64,000 nucleotides of DNA. It comes from Nemertoderma westbladi (lineage: Eukaryota; Animalia; Xenacoelomorpha). The translations under genes were made by a program, and so were the position numbers. Under the pieces are notes generated by a model. The model ran no database searches. It saw only the letters and a program-made list of their open reading frames with translations, and was not told the origin of the DNA. Position 1 is the first letter of the stretch, and every line of letters begins with the position of its first letter. Of this stretch, positions 12,501 through 24,200 are shown piece by piece. The DNA lies in the NCBI GenBank assembly GCA_032718475.1, contig JAUCBJ010001257.1:1-64000 (forward strand). Direction: 5' to 3'.

Positions 12501-12900
12501 CGTAGATGTAATACTCTCTGCTCCCGCTGGGTGGCTTTATCTTAAATAATTAATATTCTAGAATAGTGTAAAAAATACATTAGAATAATGTAGATTTACG
12601 TCATAAAATGCATGCCTTGGATTGTTGATAATATCTCATAAAAATATTAGAGAAATTTAAAACGGTTTTCAGATTCGGAATGATTACATTTAAAAGACTT
12701 AAAATAAAGTCTACGGTCGATCTATCATCATACCAAATTTCGTAGTATTTTATTGAAATTTGAAAAAAATTAGGGGGGGGGGGGGGGGGCTCCGACCCCC
12801 TAAAGATGGTTGTTGTATTAAAGGTTATGGTGTACATATATGTTGTTAATGTTAATAATTGTTAAATAATAATTATTATTAATATAGATTTACCTTGACC

Positions 12901-13409
12901 GGAGGTGTATACAAAAAAAATTATCTAAATTAAATCTAATAAACAAAGTCAAACACGAATTTAAGCACCATATTCGTTAGCAAAAGTTGTATAACAATTT
13001 TCAAAAGTTATATATAAAATGTTCAAAAGTTGTGTTAAAAGCTATATAAAAATTCCTAAAAGTTATATAAACTTCATAAAAGTTATATTTAATAAAAGTT
13101 TTATAGAATGTCAAGAAAATATTCTAGAACACATAATGATAGTAGGCCTATAACATGTAAACTTCTTAAACTTTTATATAGATTTTCGAAATTTTTATAT
13201 AACTTTTAGGAATTTTTATATAACGTTTGCGAATTTTTATATAACATTTGGGATTTTTATATAAATTTTGGGATTTTTATATGGCTTTTAATACAACATT
13301 TGGAAATTTTATATATAACTTTTGAGAATTTTTATATAACTTTTGCTAACGAAAAAAATGGTGCTTAACATTAATCGCAATAAATACGTGTAGGTTTACA
13401 TACACCTCC
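12901..13409. mobile_element. AT-rich foldback MITE
   Basis: Long imperfect inverted arms: GGAGGTGTAT...TTAAGCACCA..TTCGTTAGCAAAAGTT versus AACTTTTGCTAACGAA..TGGTGCTTAA...ATACACCTCC. The arms are built of ~20-bp AAAAGTTATATAAAAATTC-like subrepeats. No clear TSD. Confidence 0.7.
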
Positions 13410-13628
13410 TCCACTCTCGCGCTACAACCAATCGATACTACAACATTTGTACACTTTCTGTATTTTACATTGACTTGAAATAATAATAATATTAGTGCGA
13501 TGTGTTTATTAAATAATTCACTTACCCTTCTCCTAACACTAAAATAACCGCTAACACACAATATTTACGTATCATGCATGGTTAGATAGATAAATACAAC
13601 AAGGAAAGTGGGAGAGGCAGATCTTAGA

Positions 13629-15320
13629 GGGAGGGGGTTGGGATGGATCTGTAGTTGAGAGGTTGCTCTTGCTACCACCGGGGAGGGGGTTGGGATGGAT
13701 CTGTAGTTGAGAGGTTGCTCTTGCTACCACCGGGGAGGGGGTTGGGATGGATCTGTAGTTGAGAGGTTGCTCTTGCTACCACCGGGGAGGGGGTTGGGAT
13801 GGATCTGTAGTTGAGAGGTTGCTCTTGCTACCACCGGGGAGGGGGTTGGGATGGATCTGTAGTTGAGAGGTTGCTCTTGCTACCACCGGGGAGGGGGTTG
13901 GGATGGATCTGTAGTTGAGAGGTTGCTCTTGCTACCACCGGGGAGGGGTTTGGGATGGATCTGTAGTTGAGAGGTTGCTCTTGCTCCCACCGGGGAGGGG
14001 GTTGGGATGGATCTGTAGTTGAGAGGTTGCTCTTGCTACCACCGGGGAGGGGGTTGGGATGGATCTGTAGTTGAGAGGTTGCTCTTGCTACCACCGGGGA
14101 GGGGGTTGGGATGGATCTGTAGTTGAGAGGTTGCTCTTGCTACCACCGGGGAGGGGGTTGGGATGGATCTGTAGTTGAGAGGTTGCTCTTGCTACCACCG
14201 GAGAGGGGGTTGGGATGGATCTGTAGTTGAGAGGTTGCTCTTGCTACCACCGGGGAGGGGGTTGGGATGGATCTGTAGTTGAGAGGTTGCTCTTGCTACC
14301 ACCGGGGAGGGGGTTGGGATGGATCTGTAGTTGAGAGGTTGCTCTTGCTACCACCGGGGAGGGGGTTGGGATGGATCTGTAGTTGAGAGGTTGCTCTTGC
14401 TACCACCGGGGAGGGGTTGGGGATGGATCTGTAGTTGAGAGGTTGCTCTTGCTCCCACCGGGGAGGGGGTTGGGATGGATCTGTAGTTGAGAGGTTGCTC
14501 TTGCTACCACCGGGGAGGGGGTTGGGATGGATCTGTAGTTGAGAGGTTGCTCTTGCTACCACCGGGGAGGGGGTTGGGATGGATCTGTAGTTGAGAGGTT
14601 GCTCTTGCTACCACCGGGGAGGGGGTTGGGATGGATCTGTAGTTGAGAGGTTGCTCTTGCTACCACCGGGGAGGGGGTTGGGATGGATCTGTAGTTGAGA
14701 GGTTGCTCTTGCTACCACCGGGGAGGGGGTTGGGATGGATCTGTAGTTGAGAGGTTGCTCTTGCTACCACCGGGGAGGGGGTTGGGATGGATCTGTAGTT
14801 GAGAGGTTGCTCTTGCTACCACCGGGGAGGGGGTTGGGATGGATCTGTAGTTGAGAGGTTGCTCTTGCTACCACCGGGGAGGGGGTTGGGATGGATCTGT
14901 AGTTGAGAGGTTGCTCTTGCTACCACCGGGGAGGGGGTTGGGATGGATCTGTAGTTGAGAGGTTGCTCTTGCTACCACCGGGGAGGGGGTTGGGATGGAT
15001 CTGTAGTTGAGAGGTTGCTCTTGCTACCACCGGGGAGGGGGTTGGGATGGATCTGTAGTTGAGAGGTTGCTCTTGCTACCACCGGGGAGGGGGTTGGGAT
15101 GGATCTGTAGTTGAGAGGTTGCTCTTGCTACCACCGGGGAGGGGGTTGGGATGGATCTGTAGTTGAGAGGTTGCTCTTGCTACCACCGGGGAGGGGGTTG
15201 GGATGGATCTGTAGTTGAGAGGTTGCTCTTGCTACCACCGGGGAGGGGGTTGGGATGGATCTGTAGTTGAGAGGTTGCTCTTGCTACCACCGGGGAGGGG
15301 TTTGGGGGATCTGTAGTTGA
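13629..15320. repeat. 52-bp G-rich tandem array (~32 copies)
   Basis: Unit GGGAGGGGGTTGGGATGGATCTGTAGTTGAGAGGTTGCTCTTGCTACCACCG, nearly invariant. Confidence 0.98.
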
Positions 15321-15799
15321 ACTGAATTTACATACTTTGTAGCTACAGTAGATGACATTTATACATAAATCGACTACATTAATATATAATACTATCACCA
15401 TAGATAACATAAATATTGACGTAGTCCGCATAATTCGTATCCAAGTGGATCAGCAGTGAGGGCTGCATTGATACAACGTGACTCCACCGAAATTCCAAGT
15501 GCCCCTGTCCCACTCCTCAGTTTCACTTTCATGACAAATTCTGTGACCTATATTTTCCCGAGAATCTTCGAAAGTGCCAGGGCAATCTTCCTTATATAAT
15601 TCGTTCTAAAATCATAACAAACTAGTAATTATCTAAATCTTAACATTATCCACCCAATCCCAATTTACTGTAGTAAACATATTTTGTATATAAACCGCAA
15701 GTACGAATAATTATATTTGATATATTAATAATAGATATTGCCATATTGGGCTAAATAGGAACTGAAATCCTTATAGGCCTACTGTATATAATTGGATCT

Positions 15800-16170
15800 C
15801 ATAATAGAGAAACTAATTCCCAAGAACCAAACAGGATTTCAACCAAATACATTAACAATACCTTCCTGCAGTTCAGGTGGACCTCAATAATTCATTCGAC
15901 TCCATCTCCATTGAGGTAAGTCTTGGAAATCCTAAGAGCTTATGGAATACCAGTGTTAAAGCTTTTGCGGCCAAAATGTTCCCTTTTTTACACAATGCGT
16001 TGACAAAACCTTAAAAACCCTTAGAACTTTTATAATTTATGAACTGACAGAAACTCACTCCATCCAACCTTTATTCTAAGTATAGAGCCTTATCGTACAC
16101 TCTTAGAGAAGAACAGCTGCCTAGATTACGAAATCATCAGCCATTGGACAGTATTTCTCTTTGTCCCCCT
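15800..16170. mobile_element. Highly degraded LINE RT fragments
   Basis: The plus strand gives SFDSI...LEILRAYGIP (~15890-15952). The minus strand gives DDF..LGS...RIKVGWSEF (~16050-16140). Confidence 0.45.
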
Positions 16171-17068
16171 GCCTCTGTGTTACTTACCGTCCAATCAGTA
16201 TACTTCCAACTCTACATCACGCCATAGACTGAATTACTGGATCCCTGGGTTACGGATTGATGGCATGGCTACTGGTTCATGATTGGAGTTTTTCCCGATT
16301 CCATGGATTCTATGACATTCCATGGTGATTCATCCCTTGTTGTACTACTTCAGTGAAAGGAATACGGTAAATCCTTCATTCTGACATTTCTGACTTTGCC
16401 CAAAAGACCATGTGGCTAGATGACTGTCTGTCTAAGAATATGGCTATATGACAAAACACTTACATTATCTCTCTCAACTCTCCGGTAAATGCCACACACC
16501 GCGTCATTTATATTGTTTATATTGTTATAATACTGCGATTTGTAACATATTGATTAATGCTAATAGTTGGAGAATACTTACGATTAACCGGTAGATCTCT
16601 TGGTTTTCATGATTTATTGAGGTAAGCGGAGAGGGGAATACTATTCACAATTGCCTAGCTCAAATAACAGTGGTTTGTATGAGTTTATGCCGTTTCATAG
16701 TCCCCAACGTACGTGAGCTAAATTTCTCCTTATATGCGATTAAAATTGGTGACTGTTGGCAAATTAGCGTGTTTCAGTACTATTGTCAGTGACGTGAGTG
16801 CGAGCGAATAATTATACATCCCTAAATAATGTAAACACTGTGTAGTCTCATGCCCACCCGTTGTAATTAGTATAAGTTTTAGCTCTGCGTGGTATTTAAA
16901 GCGCAGCACCTAAAAGGAACTGTTGGTATTTAACTGAAAATAAACATAGTTTTTGGAGATTATATAGTAAAGATCAATCAAATAATACAAAGTAGCCTAC
17001 ATCTCTCTCTGCCATAGAATCCAGTCTCCCACATCCGGTGGGTCATACGCCGCGCTAGACTGGCTTCT

Positions 17069-17335
17069 GCGGTAGTGTCCGAGTGGATATGGCGCCTGAA
17101 CTGCTTACACAATAGTGTTTGGTGGCGCAGGTTCGAATCCGACTAAAGGCTGTAGAAATTTCGCTCTGTTGTGTCCCTAGGCAAGACACTTTAGACATTA
17201 GTGCCTACGTCAACCCAGCGGTATAATGGGAACCTGGCTTTGCTGGGGTAATGATAATAAAAGCGCTTTGAGTATGCCGAGCATAATAAAGCGCTATATA
17301 AATAACCAATATTATTATTTATTATTATTATTATA
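17069..17335 (+). mobile_element. tRNA-derived SINE with conserved central domain and LINE-type tail
   Basis: A-box (TGTCCGAGTGG), B-box GGTTCGAATCC at 17130-17140, central GTGTCCCTAGGCAAGACACTT and CCCAGCGGTATAATGGGAACC motifs, and a 3' AAAGCGCTTTGAG...AAAGCGCTATATAAAT plus (ATT)n tail as in L2-partnered SINEs. Confidence 0.8.
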
Positions 17336-17550
17336 TTTGTACGGGCTGTCAGACATCATAAGACACGTAAATTAACAGGTTAAACTGTTAAAGGTCTAAA
17401 AGCGCGAACAGCGACTATTGCCTCAATTTCTACTTCTCACTTTTGTATTGGATTACGCTTACGTAATGAGGACACCCACTCACTACACTTAAACAACAAC
17501 CAGCGTATACTACGAGAACGTATGGTAGTCGATTATCACCTAGGATTATC

Positions 17551-17754
17551 CTATTTGTGATTCTTACCAACCTGAGAGCAGCAACCCGTACAGGTGTGTT
17601 TTCCTCCGCTTTCGATACGGCAGTACGCATATCGCTCGGCAACGTCCAGGAATGCATCAGCCTCAGACTTGTCTACCTCAGGGTGAGGGAGTTCCCGTCC
17701 AAGGGTCATACAGATGTTTAACAATACAACAGATAATATCAACATAGAGTTCAT
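17551..17754 (-). CDS. Small secreted Cys-rich prepropeptide (toxin/defence-peptide-like), possibly one exon of a spliced gene
   Basis: MNSMLILSVVLLNICMTLG (signal-like) + RELPHPEVDKSEADAFLDVAER (acidic pro-region ending in R) + YAYCRIESGGKHTCTGCCSQVGKNHK. ACAAAATG start context. Confidence 0.55.
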   Translation of the reverse strand: MNSMLILSVVLLNICMTLGRELPHPEVDKSEADAFLDVAERYAYCRIESGGKHTCTGCCSQVGKNHK

Positions 17755-18294
17755 TTTGTCTAGTTCTAACTTCAACCTGGATTTGTTTTTACTATGTAAA
17801 AGATATACCGATACCGATCTGACTATATCGCTTATCGACTATATCGTCTCAGTTCTTTAATAATCGTAAATCATTATCCGAAGTTGCAATATGTGACTTC
17901 AGTCAATTTTACTGTACTGTACTGTAGGGGGTACCGATAAAGGTGGTTGTGATACGGGAGTAATATACAGATATTGAGGTATTATTAGCCATTTTTATGC
18001 AATAAATTATTTTCCGCGCAGCTCGCCAGTCAGCGAGCGTATTATTGTCTATAGTCTACGGTTACTCAGTGGCGTCGCAGCATCCCATGCGCCCCCCTGC
18101 AAAATTTTGCCTGCGCCCCCTTACAGTGCATTAAAAAGTGAAATTGTAATGCAAGTTGCCAAATCTGGCTTGTCCGTACCACCCCCCCCCCCCCCCCCCC
18201 CCCAACCCCATTACATCAAAAAGTACACAATCTGAATTTATAACATAATATGAATTTCGTTGAAAAATATCTGTGTCTGAGATATGGCAGTTTA

Positions 18295-21200
18295 ACTATA
18301 TTAACTAGGGGTCTGCTATATGAACTAGGGGGCCTGCTATATGAACTAGGGGGCCTGCTATATTAACTAGGGGGTCTGCTATATGAACTAGGGGGCCTAC
18401 TATATTAACTAGGGGTCTGCTATATGAACTAGAGGGCCTGCTATATGTACTAGGGGGCCTGCTATATTAACTAGGGGGTCTGCTATATGAACTAGGTGGC
18501 CTACTATATTAACTAGGGGTCTGCTATATGAACTAGGGGGCCTGCTATATTAACTAGGGGGTCTGCTTTATGAACTAGGGGGCCTGTTATATAAAATAGG
18601 GGGCCTGCTATATGAACTAGGGGGCCAGCTATATGAACTAGGGGGCCTGCTATATGAACTAGGGGGCCTGCTATATGAACTAGGAGGCCTACTATATGAA
18701 CTAGGGGGCCTGCTATATGAACTAGAGGGCCTGCTATATGAACTAGGGGGCCTGCTATATTAACTAGGGGGCCTGCTATATTAACTAGGGGGCCTGCTAT
18801 ATGAACTAGGGGGCCTACTATATTAACTAGGGGGCCTGCTATACGAAAACTGTGGGGGCCTGCTATATGAACTAGGGGGCCTGCTATATGAACTAGTGGG
18901 CCTGCTTTATGAACTAGGGGACCTGCTATATGAACTAGGGGACCTACTATATGAACTAGGGGGCCTGCTATATGAACTAGGGGGCCTGCTATATGAATTA
19001 GGGAGGCTACTATATGAACTAGGGGGGCTACTATATTAACTAGGGGGCCTGCTATATGAACTAGGGGGCCTGATATATTAACTAGGGGCTCTGCTATATG
19101 AACTAGTGGGCCTGCTATATGAACTAGGGGGCCTGCTATATGAACTAGTGGGCCTTCTATATGAACTAGTGGGCCTGCTATATGAACTAGTGGGCCTGCT
19201 TTATGAACTAGGGGGCCTGCTATATGAACTAGAGGGCCTGCTATATGAACTAGTGGGCATCCTATATGAACTAGGGGGCCTGCTATATGAACTAGAGGGC
19301 CTGCTATATGAACTAGTGGGCATCCTATATGAACTAGGGGGCCTGTTATATGAACTAGGGGGCCTGTTATATGAACTAGGGGGCCTGTTATATGAACTAG
19401 GGGGCCTGTTATATGAACTAGGGGGCCTGCTATATGAACTAGGGGGCCTGCTATATTAACTAGTGGGCCTGCTATATGAACTAGGGGGCCTGCTATATGA
19501 ACTAGGGGGCCTGCTATATTAACTAGGGGGGCCTGCTATATTAACTAGGGGGCCTGCTATATGAACTAGGGGGCCTGCTATATGAACTAGGGGGCCTGCT
19601 ATATGAACTAGTGGGCCTGCTATATGAACTAGGGGGCCTACTATATTAACTAGGGGGCCTGCTATATGAACTAGGGGGCCTGCTATATGAACTAGGGGGC
19701 CTGCTATATGAACTAGGGGACTGATATATGAACTAGGGGGCCTGTTATATGAACTAGGGGGCCTGTTATATGAACTAGGGGGCCTGTTATATGAACTAGG
19801 GGGCCTGCTATATTAACTAGAGGGCCTGCTATATGAACTGGGGGGCCAGCTATATGAACTAGGGGGCCTGCTATATTAACTAGGGGGCCTGCTATATGAA
19901 CTAGGGGGCCTGCTATATGAACTAGGAGGCCTACTATATTAACTAGGGGGCCTGCTATATGAACTAGAGGGCCTGCTATATGAACTAGGGGGCCTGCTAT
20001 ATTAACTAGGGGGCCTGCTATATTAACTAGGGGGCCTGCTATATGAACTGGGGGGCCTACTATATTAACTAGGGGGCCTTCTATATGAACTAGTGGGCCT
20101 GCTATATGAACTAGGGGGTCTACTATATTAACTAGTGGGCCTGCTTTATGAACTAGGGGGCCAGCTATATGAACTAGAGGACCTACTATATGAACTAGGG
20201 GGCCTGCTATATGAAGTAGAGGACCTGCTATATGAACTAGAGGGCCTTCTATATGAACTAGTGGGCCTGCTATATGAACTAGGGGGTCTACTATATTAAC
20301 TAGTGGGCCTGCTTTATGAACTAGGGGGCCAGCTATATGAACTAGAGGACCTACTATATGAACTAGGGGGCCTGCTATATGAACTAGGGGGGCTGCTATA
20401 TGAACTAGGGGGGCCTGCTATATGAACTAGGGGGGCTGCTATATTAACTAGGGGGCCTGCTATATGAACTAGGGGGGCTGCTATATGAACTAGGGGGCCT
20501 GCTATATGAACTAGGGGGGCTGCTATATGAACTAGGGGGGCCTGCTATATGAACTAGGGGGGCTGCTATATTAACTAGGGGGCCTGCTATATGAACTAGG
20601 GGGCCTGCTATATGAACTAGGGGGGCTGCTATATGAACTAGTGGGCCTGCTATATGAACTAGGGGGCCAGCTATATGAACTAGAGGACCTACTATATGAA
20701 CTAGGGGGCCTGCTATATGAACTAGGGGGGCTGCTATATGAACTAGGGGGGCCTGCTATATGAACTAGGGGGCCTGCTATATGAACTAGGGGGCCAGCTA
20801 TATGAACTAGAGGACCTACTATATGAACTAGGGGGCCTGCTATATGAACTAGGGGGGCTGCTATATGAACTAGGGGGGCCTGCTATATGAACTAGGGGGG
20901 CTGCTATATTAACTAGGGGGCCTGCTATATGAACTAGGGGGCCTGCTATATGAACTAGGGGGGCTGCTATATGAACTAGTGGGCCTGCTTTATGAACTAG
21001 GGGGCCTGCTATATGAACTAGGGGGCCTACTATATTAACTAGGTGGCCTGCTATATGAACTAGGGGGCCTGCTATATGAACTAGGGGGTGCCTGCTATAT
21101 GAAGTAGAGGACCTGCTATATGAACTAGAGGGCCTTCTATATGAACTAGTGGGCCTGCTATATGAACTAGGGGGTCTACTATATTAACTAGTGGGCCTGC

Positions 21201-24200
21201 TTTATGAACTAGGGGGCCTGCTATATGAACTAGGGGGCCTACTATATTAACTAGGGGGCATGCTATATGAACTAGTGGGCCTACTATATGAACTAGGGGG
21301 GCTGCTATATGAACTAGGGGGCCTACTATATTAACTAGGGGGCCTGCTATATGAACTAGTGGGCCTGCTATATGAACTAGAGGACCTGCTATATGAACTA
21401 GGGGGCCTTCTATATGAACTAGTGGGCCTGCTATATGAACTAGGGGGCCTGCTATATGAACTAGGGGGCCTGCTATATGAACTAGTGGGCCTGCTATATG
21501 AACTAGGGGGCCTGCTATATGAACTAGAGGACCTGCTATATGAACTAGGGGGCCTTCTATATGAACTAGTGGACCTACTATATGAACTAGGGGGGCTGCT
21601 ATATGAACTAGGGGGCCTGCTATATGAACTAGGGGGCCTGCTATATGAACTAGAGGACCTGCTATATGAACTAGGGGGCCTTCTATATGAACTAGTGGGC
21701 CTGCTATATGAACTAGGGGGCCTACTATATTAACTAGGGGGCCTGCTATATGAACTAGTGGGCCTACTATATGAACTAGGGGGGCTGCTATATGAACTAG
21801 GGGGCCTGCTATATAAACTAGGGGGCTGGCTATATGAACTAGGAGGCCTACTATATTAACTAGGGGGCTGTTATATGAACTAGGGGGCCTGCTATATGAA
21901 CTAGTGGGCCTGCTATATGAACTAGGGGGCCTGCTATATTAACTAGGGGGCCTACTATATTAACTAGTGGGCCTGCTTTATGAACTAGAGGGCCTGTTAT
22001 ATGAACTAGGGGGCCTACTATATTAACTAGTGGGCCTGCTATATGAACTAGGGGGCCTGCTATATGAACTAGGGGGGCTGTTATATGAACTAGGAGGGCT
22101 GTTATATGACCTAGGGGGCCTGCTATATGAACTAGGGGGCCTGATATATTAACTAGGGTGCCTGCTATATGAACTAGGGGGCCTGCTATATGAACTAGGG
22201 GGCCTGCTATATGAACTAGGGGGCCTGCTATATTAACTAGGGGGTCTACTATATTAACTAGTGGGCCTGCTTTATGAACTAGGGGGCCTGCTATATGAAC
22301 TAGGGGGCCTACTATATTAACTAGGGGGCCTGCTATATTAACTAGGGGGCCTACTATATTAACTAGTGGGCCTGCTTTATGAACTAGAGGGCCTGTTATA
22401 TGAACTAGGGGGCCTGCTATATGAACTAGGGGGTCTACTATATTAACTATTGGGCCTGCTTTACGAACTAGGGGGCCTGCTATATGAACTAGGGGGTCTA
22501 CTATATTAACTAGTGGGCCTGCTTTATGAACTAGGGGGGCTGCTATATGAACTAGGGGGGCTGTTATATGAACTAGGGGGCCTGCTATATGAACTAGTGG
22601 GCCTGCTATATGAACTAGTGGGCCTGCTATATGAACTAGGGGGCCTGCTATATGAACTAGGGGGGCTGTTATATGAACTAGGGGGCCTGCTATATGAACT
22701 AGGGGGCCTGCTATATTAACTAGGGGGCCTACTATATTAACTAGTGGGCCTGCTTTATGAACTAGAGGGCCTGTTATATGAACTAGGGGGCCTACTATAT
22801 TAACTAGTGGGCCTGCTTTATGAACTAGAGGGCCTGTTATATGAACTAGGGGGCCTACTATATTAACTAGTGGGCCTGCTATATGAACTAGGGGGCCTGC
22901 TATATGAACTAGGGGGCCTGCTATATTAACTAGGGGGCCTGCTATATGAACTAGTGGGCCTACTATATGAACTAGGGGGGCTGCTATATGAACTAGGGGG
23001 GCCTGCTATATGAACTAGGGGGCCTGTTATATGAACTAGGGGGCCTACTATATGAACTAGGGGGGCTGCTATATGAACTAGGGGGGCCTGCTATATGAAC
23101 TAGGGGGCCTGCTATATGAACTAGGGGGCCTGCTATATGAACTAGGGGGCCTGCTATATGAACTAGGGGGGCCTGCTATATGAACTAGGGGGCCTGCTAT
23201 ATGAACTAGGGGGCCTGCTATATGAACTAGGGGGCCTGCTATATTAACTAGGGGGCCTGCTATATGAACTAGTGGGCCTACTATATGAACTAGGGGGCCT
23301 GCTATATTAACTAGGGGGCCTGCTATATGAACTAGGGGGCCTGCTATATGAACTAGGGGGGCCTGCTATATGAACTAGGGGGCCTGCTATATGAACTAGG
23401 GGGCCTGCTATATTAACTAGGGGGCCTGCTATATGAACTAGTGGGCCTACTATATGAACTAGGGGGGCTGCTATATGAACTAGGGGGGCCTGCTATATGA
23501 ACTAGGGGGGCCTGCTATATGAACTAGGGGGCCTGCTATATGAACTAGGGGGCCTGCTATATGAACTAGGGGGCCTGCTATATTAACTAGGGGGCCTGCT
23601 ATATGAACTAGTGGGCCTACTATATGAACTAGGGGGCCTGCTATATTAACTAGGGGGCCTGCTATATGAACTAGGGGGCCTGCTATATGAACTAGGGGGC
23701 CTGCTATATTAACTAGGGGGCCTGCTATATGAACTAGGGGGCCTGCTATATGAACTAGGGGGGCCTGCTATATGAACTAGGGGGCCTGCTATATGAACTA
23801 GGGGGCCTGCTATATGAACTAGGGGGCCTGCTATATTAACTAGGGGGCCTGCTATATGAACTAGTGGGCCTACTATATGAACTAGGGGGGCTGCTATATG
23901 AACTAGGGGGGCCTGCTATATGAACTAGGGGGCCTGTTATATGAACTAGGGGGCCTACTATATGAACTAGGGGGGCTGCTATATGAACTAGGGGGGCCTG
24001 CTATATGAACTAGAGGGCCTGCTATATGAACTAGGGGGCCTGTTATATGAACTAGGGGGCCTGCTATATGAACTAGTGGGCCTGCTATATGAACTAGGGG
24101 GCCTGTTATATGAACTAGGGGGCCTACTATATGAACTAGGGGGGCTGCTATATGAACTAGGGGGGCCTGCTATATGAACTAGAGGGCCTGCTATATGAAC

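Noticed and set aside
12380-12600. 5' LTR/PBS of the BEL/Pao element
   Set aside because: No second LTR copy or convincing PBS visible.
17071-17145. Functional tRNA gene
   Set aside because: No convincing acceptor or anticodon stem, and it continues into a SINE body and tail.
18067-18125. hAT-like left terminus CAGTGGCGTCGC upstream of the 21-bp array
   Set aside because: No matching right TIR or TSD found in the window, so an element cannot be defined.
19106-22719. Leucine-rich (GLLYELG)n ORFs
   Set aside because: Translations of the 21-bp satellite, interrupted at random by TAA variants and indels.
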